The translations under genes were made by a program, and so were the position numbers. From assembly GCF_009914755.1 (NCBI RefSeq), contig NC_060932.1: 64,000 bases of DNA; one strand, given 5' to 3'. Below, in pieces: positions 39,306 to 54,247 of this stretch. Each line of letters opens with the position of its first letter. The first letter of the stretch is position 1. The notes beneath the pieces were generated by a model. The model was not told the origin of the DNA. It did no database searches and worked only from the letters and a program-made list of their open reading frames with translations. Source of the DNA: the human T2T-CHM13v2.0 reference genome, Homo sapiens.

Positions 39306-39798
39306 TGTCAAAGGTGACTTTCTTTTTAGGAGGCAGCTCTATTTTGTCTGCTGGGGAACAGGGCCCTGTGCTGGGCCAGCCAAGCCAGAAGTCAGGACCA
39401 AGAGAAGAGAGATTGACTGTCTGGAGGGTCTGATAATAACTGAAGATCCGAATGCGCTGCAGAGAGCTGGCCCCGTCTCTGCTATAGGTTCAGGCTGGGT
39501 TTGCCGAGTGTGGCTGGTCAATTCGGCCCAAGTGGCCCTGAGGGCCCCAGACCCTGAATGTCTGGCTCTGGACACCAGTCCTTACTTCCCGCAAGGCTCA
39601 TCTCCAGCCTGCCAGGCCTGCCCACAAAAGCCTACTGAGTGCTCTGTGTCCAGTCCACCCTGGCTGGCCATGCTTCTGTGAGTCCTCAACCCCTCCTCCA
39701 TCCCCACCTCCTACCCCAGAGCTAGCCAAGTTCCCATTCTCTTTCAGCCAACAGTCTTTGAGAAAACCAAATTTTTTCTCATTGCTTCTTAGCCATAA

Positions 39799-40118
<320 letters not shown>

Positions 40119-40816
40119 AGACAAATCAGTCTTGCAGGCAGTTTGGCAGGGCTGGAACCTGGCTTAAGTAACTACTCCAGCAACCTCTTGAGGCTTCTCC
40201 TTGCCCTGTGACCCAGCAGGATCATCTTGTCCCAGCTGCCCTCCCTCGAGCCATTTCTAGATGACCCTTCATCACCATGGAACCTCTGGTTCCTTTCCTA
40301 GACGCCATCTCTGGTTGTTCTTTTGTGTGTCCACTCCTTCCCCTTCAACCAGACCCATCCCAGTTCACTTCTTCATCCCATCAGCCCTGAGCCTGTATGG
40401 CCTTGTGCATACTCATGGGCCAAATGGTTCTTATTTGTAGGTGGAAGCAGGAATTGGAGCCCAGAGTTGGCCACTGCACCTTACTCTGAAGTTGCCTGCT
40501 AGGGAAAGCTACCCCTCAGGGATCAACGTCAATGGTAACATAGGGGGAGTAGTCATCAGAGGAGGATGGAAAGAGAATAAGTCCGCAGAGCTTTCCTTCC
40601 ACCATGGGCAGCAAGGTAACCAGCAGGAAAAGAGCAGCTCAGCCTCAGCTGCCTGTAATTAACTCACTCCCCAATGAATTTGCTCAGAGCCATGCAGTGA
40701 TGATCTTAGGGAGGGGAAGAAACCCTTACTCAGTGATAGTAGCCCTTGCAGGAAGGTAGAACAGGGAATCAGAAATCTCCTTCCCTTTTGCTCTCCCTCA
40801 CTTGCATAAAAGGTCA

Positions 40817-41147
<331 letters not shown>

Positions 41148-43150
41148 CATCTCCCTGTGGATGCAGGAAGCCTTGACTTTGGTGATTGAGTCCTTTCCCT
41201 GAAGCACAACCATAAACAAATTCTCATAAAATGTAAAACACCTGAGAGGGATTTAAAAATCAACTTGGCCTCAGTTTCCATAAGTACAAAAATAAGGCGT
41301 CAGGCTGAAGTGCTATTAGGACCTTTCTGGATCAGACATCATGCTCCTTGAAATCTCCATGATGAGGAGTTTCTCAGCCCCTGGGGCTTCCAGAAGGCCC
41401 CAGCCACTGCAGGATGGGGGCCGAGGTGAGGACATAGGAACAGGGAGAGAGGTGGGAAAAGTGTCCATGCCCTGTCTGTGCCTCCATCCGCAAGCCTGGC
41501 TCCCAGGTTCTGAGAGTGCATCAGAGATGCAGCACCAAGCAGGCCCCAACTGCAGGTCCTGCTCTAGACCATTCTCACCCTCTGGGGGCCCTGGAGACCT
41601 CATTCACTCCAGTGATGCCTCACCCCACGGCATCTGCATTTTAAAAGAAGCCTGCTAGGAGAGGGAAGGCACTCTTCCCAAAATGTAAATGGTGGGATTC
41701 TTGGCATCTGTAGGGGTGTATTTATGGAGAGAGAGTCCTCCAGAGCACCACAGCTCATTACACACTGGAGATCACCTGTGTTCCTCAAAGGCAAAGTGGG
41801 CTTCGTTTATTTTTCCAATCAAGAAACAGTTATTTGTACCTACCTAGTGCCAGGCATTGTGTTAAGTGTCAAGGATAGAACAATGGACTGGGTAAAGTAT
41901 GAACCCTGCCCTTTGAACATTTGCAGTCTAGTAGGAGAGATGGCAAACTCCTTCTGAATGTTCTCTTGCCTCCTTTCTGCCCACCCCCTCCCCAGCTTCC
42001 TCCTCTCAGAACTGTTACTGTTCCCAGGGCTCCTCTGGCTGGCTGCAGGGCAGCGGCCCCAGGGGTCTGCATTGATCACATCAGTTGGTGAGCCCTGCCA
42101 AATGAACCAGGTACTTCTGCCCAGCAAGGAACCTGCCTCTGCACCCCGATGAGCCACCTGCTGCACCGTGCATGGATGTGGCAGCTCAGATGAAAGGAGG
42201 AAAGCCCCCGCTGTGGCTGCCTGTTCTCCAGCCTTGCCTGAAGCCAAAGGTCTTCTAGTCTACGAAGCATCTTCCCTTCCCGGCTCCCCCATTCCTGGGC
42301 ATAATAGGCCACTCGAGCATTGCTCTGCCCTGGTGTGCAAATTTGCCCCCGCTAAAGCCCCCATGTCCAGCAGCTGAAAAGCTATTCATGCTGCTCTCTT
42401 CACCTCTCCTGAAATACTCTTCCGCTTTTGTGCTTTCCTATCAAAAGCCTAGCTCCTTCCCAACCAAGTCCTTCCACCCGCAAAGCCTCAGTTCACCCTC
42501 CGAAGACAAGGAGGTCTCTGCTCCTCTATGCCTCCATTGCCTTGTTGGTAAGACAGGGATTTCTTGCCTTGCCCACCTGGCAGAGCTGTTGAAGGTGAAA
42601 TGAGATCATGGATAATCCCGGAGCTCTGTGTGTGGCAGGCACTCTTCTCCGAGCTGGGCATTTATTCACTCAATTTCATCCTCACCACAAGCCTTCAAGA
42701 CACATATTATCATCATCTCCATTTTTCACATGTGGAAACAGATGCAGCTACCCAGAGACACAGCTAGCAAGTTGCAGAAGCAGAATCTGGACCCAGATAG
42801 TCAGGCTATGGTCTGTGTGCTTAACAGTCCACGCTCAACTGCCCCCAAAGCAGTTTGGAAACAGAAAGCGCTGTATAAACTCAAGAACATTCTTATCATC
42901 CTAAATGCTGGCGCCCCCTCCGGCACACCTTTCACTCCACCCCACCCACCCCTCCCCGATCAAACACCTGGACGCACAAGGCCAACCCCGCCCTGGATGC
43001 AGGTCCCCGAATTACTTAGCAGAGCACTGAGACCCCATCTCCCTCACAAGTCTGTCAGAACCCAGTGCTTCCCAGTCTGTTGCCCTACTCCGCCCCCGAC
43101 CAGCCATCACTGGCTCAGGGATCCAGGAGCTAGAGTCAAGAAGAGGGTTC

Positions 43151-43962
<812 letters not shown>

Positions 43963-44357
43963 TCAGATCAGATACCCCCTCCCAGCTCCTCTGGCTCCTC
44001 TCCCTCCTCCTCACAGCTCACGGACCTCCCGCACTTACTTCCCAGCCCTGTCCTGCCTGAGGTCTCCAGCCACCCCAGTTGGTTTTATAAATGGCCCTTG
44101 CAGGCTGTGGGCACCTTGGCTAATTGAGTCTGCACCCACGAGGCAGGAGGCAGGAGGCTGGTTAGCATCACGGATGAAAGGCAGTGACAGCAAAAACTTG
44201 ACTGGAGTCGTCAGGGAGGAGCCTGCGGGAGCAGAGAGAGCCAAGGAGCTGGGCCTTTGTAGATTCTGAAGCTCCAGGGGGAGAACTCACGAGGTGGGGA
44301 GTGGGGGGCGGCCTGGCCACCCCCACTGTCACAGGCTTCCACCATGGACCACAGGCC

Positions 44358-44358
<1 letters not shown>

Positions 44359-44404
<46 letters not shown>
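44359..44404 (+). repeat. (CA)n microsatellite
   Basis: Direct reading. Confidence 0.95.
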
Positions 44405-44406
<2 letters not shown>

Positions 44407-44779
44407 CACTTCTCTGCTTTGGAAAAAGAAAATCCAAGGGGAGGCAAGAGAAGCAGAGCAGAAAAGGAACGGGAAAAATGATGTTGTGTGCTGCGTGCGC
44501 ACATCTCTATGCTAGATGCCAGTCATGCAGCCATCCTTACCTGCCCCGATGTCACCTCTGCATAATAACTAGCAATGAAACCAGTTTATAAGAATCCTGG
44601 TCACAGCAAACCTCATGGTGTCAACAGCTGTCTGACTTCGGACCTTGGAGCCTTCAAGAGGCCCTTCTGGGTGGATCAATCACTTGCTGTGACATTGCCC
44701 TGTCCCCTTTTGAGGGCAGCTGTTTCCTTACATATGAATTTGCCCCTGGGCATCCTGGTGGCATAGAAACCCTCCAAGG

Positions 44780-45092
<313 letters not shown>

Positions 45093-45268
45093 AACCCTCC
45101 AAGGAGGCCCTCACCACCGTGTGTCTGTTTGAGAAGGGTGATCCCTCAAGCAAGCTCCTTCATTCCTGTGTTCAGTGAACATCTGCCTGCCCACTCCACA
45201 CTGTAGGCCCCTCGAGGGTGGGATGGGTCTGTGCTGCTCCCCAGCTCCTAGGCGGGACTGGTCCATGA

Positions 45269-45591
<323 letters not shown>

Positions 45592-46620
45592 CCATGACAT
45601 TTGTTGAATGAAGGAAGGTACACATTACAGATGACCATGGCGCAGCTGAGGCTGGCTGTAGTGGCACTGACACCATTCTCTGGAGGGTGGCACACCCCTT
45701 GGATCAAATCTTCTGAGAGCGACCCTGATGGCATGATCAGCATTTTCTCAACAACTGTCTTAAGGACTTTCATTACCCCTCCCAACTTCCCCAAAAGCTA
45801 CTTCCCCTGTCCCTCCAGCCCTCACCCCACCTTTCCCAAGGGCCCTAATCAACCACTTCCCCTTGCATGGCACAGAAAGCATTAGTATGGAAGAACCCAA
45901 GTCCCTAGATCTGGAAAGTGGCGAGAGGGGACGAAAGGGCAATGTCCAGCTTAGGACCCCAAACTTCTTGAAGGCAGGGTCCACACATCTGGGAGTGGGA
46001 TTCTGAGGCTCTGAAGGGACAAGCTCTGACATGCAGATTCCTCAGATTATCCCCAAGCCCTTCGGGTAGTAAATGCCTTCCTTCAGGGCCAAGCCCCCAA
46101 GGCTGGTGGTGGCAAAGCCCCCCAGTGGCCTTTTCCACAGGCTAACACCGCCCCCTGCCGGGCTAAGCCAGGACAGCCACTTCAAATGCCACCTTAGGAA
46201 ATCGGAAACGTGGCTACCTTGCCAAAGAGAAACCCCAACTCCCACTGCTGGCCTGAAGAGGGGGAAGAGTAAAATCCTTGGAAGTGGGGCCTTCCAGCCT
46301 TTAGTGATCCAGAGGCTGGAAAGGGAGGGTACCAGGGGGCACCTTCCACACAGACAGGAAGGCCCCTCACTGGGTCTCTCCAAGCAGCTGATCCATTGCT
46401 CAAGTTCCTTCAACAAGGGAAAAGGCCACGGTGAGAGGAGAAACAGAGGTCACAGCACACCTGGGAGGCCAACGTCCATGTCTAAGTCTACGCCCCTCTC
46501 CCTCCTAAGCGCTAGCTCTCCCACCCAGCTTCAGGACTCGTCTTGCCGGATCAATACTAGCCATCTCCATCTCATCGCATCAGAAACTAAGTTCATCTTG
46601 TTCCCAAATCCTGAGTCTCA

Positions 46621-47069
46621 GGCCGGGCACGGTGGCTCACGCCTGTAATCCCAACACTTTAGGAGGCGAGGTGGGCAGATCACTTGAGGTCAGGAGTTTG
46701 AGACCAGCCTGGCCAACATGGTGAAATCCCGTCTCTACTAAAAAAAAATACAAAAATTAGCCTGGCGTGGTGGCTCACACCTGTAATCCCAGCATTTTGG
46801 GAGGCTGAGGTGGGCAGATTACCTGAGGTCAGGAGTTTGAGACCAGCCTGGCCAACATGGTGGAACCCCATATCTACTAAAAATACAAAAAATTAGCCGG
46901 GTGTGGTGGTGCACGCCTGCAGTCCCAGCTACTCGGGAGGCTGAGGTGGGAGAATTGCTGAACCCGGGAGGCTGAGATTTCAGTGAGCCGAGATCACACC
47001 ACTACAGTCCAGCGCAGGTGACAGAGTGAGATTCTATCTCAGGAGGAAAAACAAACAAACAAAAAAAAA
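46621..47069 (+). mobile_element. Alu trimer (left-left-right arms)
   Basis: Two left arms before one right arm; TSD cc(t/c)gagtctc. Confidence 0.9.
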
Positions 47070-47194
47070 CCCGAGTCTCTCTAGAAACCCTCTTTCTCTG
47101 TGTTCCACATCCACTATGAGTCCAAGATCCACAGGTGCTAGCTCTACACCATCTTTTGAATCCAGTCCTTTCTGAACTTCTCCCTTTCCCACTT

Positions 47195-47751
47195 TTCTTG
47201 AGCCAGGGTCTTGCTCTGTTGCAGAGGCTAAATGATTCTCCAGCCTCAGCCTCCCAAGTAGCTGGGACTACAAGTATGCACCGCCACACCTGGCTAAGTT
47301 TGTTTGTTGGTTTGTTTGTTTTTATAGAGACGCGGTCTCATCACTATGTTGCCCAGGTTGGTTTCGAATTCCTGGGCTCAAGTGATCCTCCCACTTTGGC
47401 CTCCCAAGTTGCTGGGATCACAGGTGTGAGCCACGGTGCCCAGATGAATTTCCCCTTTTCTTTTTCTTTTTCTTTTTTTTTTTTTTTTTTTTTTGAGACG
47501 GAGTCCTGCTCTGTCACCCAGTAGGGTGCAGTGGTGCAATCTCAGCTCACTGCAAGCAATTCTCCTGCCTCAGCCTCCCAAGTAGCTGGGATTACATGTG
47601 CCCACCACCATGCCCAGCTAATTTTTGTATTTTTAGTACAGATGGGGTTTCACCATCTTGGACAGGCTGGTGTTGAACTCCCGACCTCATGATCCACCCT
47701 CCTCGGCCTCCCAAAGTGCTGGGATTGCAGGTGTAAGCCACCATGCCTGGC
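47195..47751 (-). mobile_element. Two antisense Alus (~47195-47442, ~47455-47751)
   Basis: Partly deleted Alu bodies. Confidence 0.9.
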
Positions 47752-48881
47752 AGAATTTCCCCTTTTCAATTCAGCCCCAACCTACCCCCTCCCACCCCAA
47801 GTCCACCTTCCACAGGGCTATCGGGTTATTGCCCTAAAGCTCAGCTTTTATGGGACTCCCTGTTCAAAAGCCTTTAGTCGTTCCACCTTTCCCTCTAATT
47901 AGGTACAAATTCCCCTTAATACAGTCAGAATCTGCCTTCCCAACTAGATTGTGTCACCTTACCCGCACTCTGAGCGTAGAACTCCGTCCCGAAAGCAACA
48001 CATCCGTACCTCCCCGTGGTTTCACCTACACTCCCATTCCTATCCAAGATGCTCCTTCACACCCCCTTTATCTCCATGGAACTCCTTCCCACCCGTAAAT
48101 GCCCACCTTAAATGGTACCTTTGATATGAAGCCTTTCTTGCGCTCCCAACAAATAGTTACCTCTCTGGCACTCATGGCCCTGTCTGGTCCCTTGTGGCAC
48201 TCACACCCACTCTGTGACAGACACCTGTGCCTTGTTTCATCTCATCCCCTTCTGGGCAGTGTGTCTCTCACAGGCCATGCAGTCTACAGCCTCCCACAAA
48301 CAGTGCCCATGCTGTCGGCGGACTGGGTTGATAGCTGAAGTCCATGGACACACCCTACTGGGAAAGCAGGTTTTGATAAGAGGAGCAAGCACAAGGACAC
48401 AGGCTGACCTGTGGGGAAATGGTGTGTGGGGACCTAGGAACCCAGAGCCAATGGGAATCACAGAGCTGGATGGCTCCTCCTTGCCCACATGGGGCAACCC
48501 CCTCATTTTATGAAGATGTGCAGAAATCTCAGGGAAGCGAAAGGGCCCAGGACCACACACCTGGTGACTCCCACTCCTGGTGTACAAGAGGCTCCATCAA
48601 TCCAATTATTTCCTTCCTTGCACTTTGGCTCGCCCCCCGCTCCCCCGTGCTTCCCCCACCATTTTTCTGACATTGACCTTCTCCCAGCAAAAGGGAGACA
48701 TACTTGAACACTATTCCCAGGGCACCCTGACTGACTTCTAGAGGCCTCTGTGAGCAGATGCTTGGGGCTCAGCCTAGGCCCCAGGGGGATCTTGCAGCTG
48801 GGAGAGGATGTGATCAAGGTTGGTCAGTTGGAGACTTCACTCCCACAGCATTCATGCCACACAGAAATGTTCTGAAAATGC

Positions 48882-48887
48882 TTTAAT
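48882..48887 (-). terminator. DOK2: Probable DOK2 polyadenylation signal ATTAAA
   Basis: ATTAAA on the minus strand ~420 nt after the stop codon, followed by a GU-rich element (TTTCTGTGTGG). Confidence 0.75.
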
Positions 48888-49305
48888 GCCACCAAGAAAT
48901 CTGAAAGGTGCAGGAAGCTGCCGCCATCCCCCTGGGTGCCTGGGCCCAGGCTGTCCCTGAAGTGGCCATCAGCAGGCAGGAGGCTTGCATAGCCAAGCAG
49001 CCCAAGCAATTGCTGACATCCTTTTGTCCTCTGCCCTAAATGCCCCAGGTTCCTCCTCAGCTGGGGAAAGAAAGAGGAGGAAGTGGAAAAAGAGTAGGAG
49101 GAGGGTGGTTCTCTCCAGGGCACCCTTCCTGCTTTGGGATGGTGACTCACCCAGCAGGCCCTGGGAGAGGCAATTTATCAGCCCCAACGAAGACAGGCCA
49201 GGCCTCGGGCTCCAGAAGGGGCAGAGGAGGTTCTTCTGATGCAGTGGCCAGGAGGAGTCACCAGCAGAAGCCAAGGGGCGGTGGACCATCCCTCTGCTGC
49301 CTCTG

Positions 49306-50273
<968 letters not shown>

Positions 50274-50667
50274 TAGGGATGCTTTCTTAAACCCCATCCC
50301 TAACCCAAGCCCTGGGACCTCCAGCTTCCCTTCATGGGAACTGCTGGAGCCTCCTCTGCCCTCTGTGCTTTCCCCTACAGGCAGAGACTTGGCTCTCTCC
50401 TCTCCCCTCTCCAGGCCCTTCCTGCTCACTGCCACCATTTCAAGGATGGAGCTAGGCACTAGTTCAGACGCTGTTTACCCCTCTACGGTCTCTCCACCTC
50501 TTCTCATTCTCCTTCCTTCTACTCCACTTCTGCCATCTTGTCACTCTATTCTTTGCTTCACTCCATCTCCCTCTCCTGGTCTCTCCCATCCCCTCGCTGC
50601 TTCTCACCCCTCTTTGTTCGTAGCTTATCCTTTCTCTCAACCTGCCCTGATGCAGCTTCCCACTCAC

Positions 50668-50852
50668 CTTGTCCCGCCCAAAGCGCCGCAGAAACCTGTA
50701 GGGCCAGTCGTACAGCTGGGTCCCTGGCTCGGGCCCACCCCACAGCTCCAGGGCACTCTCCCCAGCCCGGAGGGTATAGGACCCCCGCAGGTGGCACCTC
50801 TCACTGGCTTCTGTAGGTCTCATGGTCACAGCAAATTCCTTGTGGGGGCCGA
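50668..50852 (-). CDS. DOK2: DOK2 coding exon 4 ([14 protein letters not shown]...[18 protein letters not shown]-type PTB domain)
   Basis: Acceptor ttctccccag|TC, donor AAG|gtgagt, 185 nt, phase 1-0; [12 protein letters not shown] is the DOK/IRS PTB signature. Confidence 0.97.
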
Positions 50853-51186
50853 CTGGGGAGAAGAAGAGAGAGAAGGCGAAGGCAGTTAATGGGAAACAGC
50901 TGGCCTGCCTCACCACTGCCCAGTTCTAAATGAGCGTACCAGAACTTTTCTAGAAAGTATTATCCACACACTTATGGCCCCCTGCCTGGGTCTTGGAGGC
51001 TGAGCTGCTCTGTGCCAGGTCATACTCCCCAAAAGGCCAGGTACCTCCACCCCCTACCCTAGTAGGCATCACGCCCCTACCCACATCCACCCCAACCTCG
51101 TGCCCACATCCTTCCTGCCCCTGTCGCCAGAGCCACAGTCTTGTCTTCCCCACCCCATCTCTCACCCCAAACCAGCCACCACCCTA

Positions 51187-51699
<513 letters not shown>

Positions 51700-51895
51700 T
51701 CAAGGCAGGGTAGGCTCCCTACGTTGGGCTGCACCCGGAAGCGAGAAGGAGAGGCTGATAACGGGGCTGGCCCAGGCTGGGGATAACCACAAGGCAGGAA
51801 GACTCGGGGCCAGCAGCTAGCCAGCCCACACCTCCTCTCCACCTCACCCTGGGGAGAGCCCCCAGGGGAGAGCAGGGCAGCCCCCGCCCCCTCAC

Positions 51896-51983
51896 CTGTG
51901 ACTGCGCTGCTGTACAATTCATTTTCCTCCATGCAGGGCCGGCTCTGCTTTCCCTCTGGCCCCGAGAGCTCCTTCCTCTGCCC
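51896..51983 (-). CDS. DOK2: DOK2 coding exon 3 (GQRKELSGPEGKQSRPCMEENELYSSAVT, PH-PTB linker)
   Basis: Acceptor ccctag|GGG, donor ACAG|gtgagg, 88 nt, phase 0-1; contains the DOK-family MEENxLYS motif. Confidence 0.96.
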
Positions 51984-52222
51984 CTAGGGAGGAGGCGCCC
52001 CGTCTCATCACCTTCCCCGATCCCCAGGCCCCCCTCTGGCCCAGGCCTTCTTTCAGGCCACCTCAACCTGCTGGCTCTGTCTGCACACTGGGTTCGGGTC
52101 CCCCCACATGGAGGAAGCACCCCATCACCCTGACCTTGACACCTGTAACACTTGCCCACAGGAAGTATCTAACACCCTCGGCCTGCACGCCCCCTTGCCC
52201 TTTCGCACCCCGCGCGACTCAC

Positions 52223-52504
52223 GGGGAAGGCCAGGAGGCAGATGGCCTGCACCCAGTCGCCGCGCTCCGCTGCAGGGGCCGCCAGGAGGTACAGGCGCTC
52301 CTTGGTCTCCAGGAAGAAGGCACTGGTGTCCCGGGGGCTGCTGGCCTCTCCGCCGGCCTCGGCCACCCGCAGGCAGTCACTGAGGCGGATGACCTTCCGG
52401 GCAGCCTCACACCGACGAGGCTTCTCCGGGCCCTCCTGCAGCTCCAGCCGGGCCAAGGCGCAGTCCGACCCTCCATACAGTGAGGCGCCGAAGCGGCGCC
52501 ATTT
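52223..52504 (-). CDS. DOK2: DOK2 coding exon 2 ([12 protein letters not shown]...[13 protein letters not shown] domain)
   Basis: Acceptor gcacag|AAATGG, donor CCC|gtgagt, 282 nt, phase 0-0; peptide visible in ORF 52169..52612. Confidence 0.97.
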
Positions 52505-53532
52505 CTGTGCCAGAGGCGTGGGAGGCGGGGGCGGGAGGGAGCCACCCAGAGACGGGGAGATCGTGAGCCAAGGGGAGAAGAGGAACCGTGGGAGGGGGAC
52601 TGGGGCAGCCACTTGGAGATGGGGAGAGAGAGGTGAAGATCACATGAGACCCAGGGAGGCAGAGAAGAGGACAGTGACTGCAGGAATTAGAAAATCGGAG
52701 ATCAGCCGCCAGCCCCGAGAAGGAGGCCCACGAGCAAGAGCAGAGACTGCCCAGGCAGAAAGCAACGCCGGGATGAGCCCAAAGCAGGCTGCAAGAAGGC
52801 CAAACAGGCCCACCGCAGTGGACTCCAGTCTGGGGAGGAAAGCGGGGCAGTGGCTGAGGCCCAGAGGAGGGAGTGAGGAGGGCGGCGTGTGACCCGGGCT
52901 GGAGACCTCATTCTCCTTCTGTGCGAAATCCTGAAGGAGAACTTCTCTCCACCCTCCTGAACCTTGCTGCCTCATTCCTTGATAGGTTGGGCCATGAGAG
53001 AGAGACAGGTGTGCCCCCCAGTGTTGGTTAGGGGACGAGGACTTCCTGGTTCAAGGAGGCCAGGGAAGGGGAAAGAGGATGGACAGCCGGCTGGGGTCCA
53101 GGCCCCCAGAGGCCCCAGCCCAAGCTGAACACCAGCCACATGCACCCCACTGGGGTTGGGAAGGAACCTCTATTGTCATCCTAAACTGTCCCTCCAGCTG
53201 CCCCTTCCATTCCCTTCCAAGGTGTCCGGTGAAAAGAAGTCAACACAGAGCAAGAGAGCAAAAGAGGCAAGAGATGAAGGCAGCACATCCCCCACCCCCA
53301 CCCAGGGCAAACAGCCCTCAGTAAGGAGCACAGTTTGGGACCTGGTTGGGGCCTGGTTCAGGAGACAGCGTCGGGTAGGAAAAGAGCCCTCCCAAAGTTG
53401 AGCTCTGGGTCTAACTTGGTGGGTGCACAGTCAGACCTATAAGGGTTTTGAATATGAAACTCCCTCTCCAACCCAGGAATTCTAGCAGCCTCCCAGGCCC
53501 CCTGCCCAACCCCAGCCCAGCCTCACTCCTAC

Positions 53533-53595
53533 CTTTCCAAACGTCTGCTGCTGCTGAAGATACAAGAAGCCTTGTTTCACTGCCCCGTCTCCCAT
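53533..53595 (-). CDS. DOK2: DOK2 coding exon 1 (MGDGAVKQGFLYLQQQQTFGK, start of PH domain)
   Basis: Minus strand ATG at 53595 in AGG-ATG-G context, 21 codons, then donor AAG|gtagga (GT at 53532-53531); matches the known DOK2 N-terminus. Confidence 0.96.
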
Positions 53596-53679
53596 CCTCT
53601 GACCATCTCGGAGCCCCAGGCTTCAGCTCTCTCCTTCACTCCTGCCCTTGCCTCTCTCTTCTTAGCCGTGTGTTTCCCT

Positions 53680-53760
53680 TCTCTGAAGTTCATTTCCTCT
53701 CTGCCTAGGGTTTTCTATACTATTCTAGTCTGCTCGATGACGACAGGCTGATAGGCCCTG
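53680..53760 (-). promoter_or_regulatory. DOK2: DOK2 proximal promoter / TSS region with ETS (PU.1-like) site AGAGGAAATGAACT
   Basis: Non-CpG-island sequence ~90-160 nt upstream of the ATG; GGAA core in purine-rich context at 53700-53687, consistent with haematopoietic expression; exact TSS not determinable from sequence. Confidence 0.5.
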
Positions 53761-54209
53761 CGGTTTCTTCTGAGTGTGTGTTCTTTTTTTTCTTTTTTTT
53801 TTTTTTTTCTGAGTGAGTTTTATACTCAAGCTTCCTGCATTTCCAGTGAGTTAGAGACAATTTCCAAAAAGCTAAATGCCAGCTCTTCAGTGAGCAACAA
53901 TTCAGGTACAGAAGTTGGCACAGGGAGGCGCCAGCAAAGAGTGGCTGGCCCACTGGAACAGAGACCCAGAAACCAAACTAGACAGTGAAATCAGTAGTGA
54001 AGGCCCCCCCCCCAAGCTGTACGCAAGTTGGAAGGGACAAACCACTAAGTTACAAATAAGGAAACAGGCTTGGAAAGTCTGAGGGATTTATTCAAGGTCA
54101 CCAAACCAGAACCCAGGTCTCTCAACGCTTAACAGCTGAATGACACACACGGCACTGCACAGAGAGACACATAAGACAGCTCATGTGGGCCTAACCAGAT
54201 ACCAGTTTC

Positions 54210-54213
54210 ACAT

Positions 54214-54247
<34 letters not shown>
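54210..54247 (+). repeat. (CA)n(GA)n compound microsatellite ~0.5 kb upstream of DOK2
   Basis: Direct reading. Confidence 0.9.

Noticed and set aside
42909-42925. CTCF-like motif (minus strand TGCCGGAGGGGGCGCCA)
   Set aside because: Matches only the 3' half of the core; cannot be supported without binding data
52242-52892. 216-aa plus-strand ORF antisense to DOK2 exon 2
   Set aside because: Antisense shadow of a GC-rich coding exon
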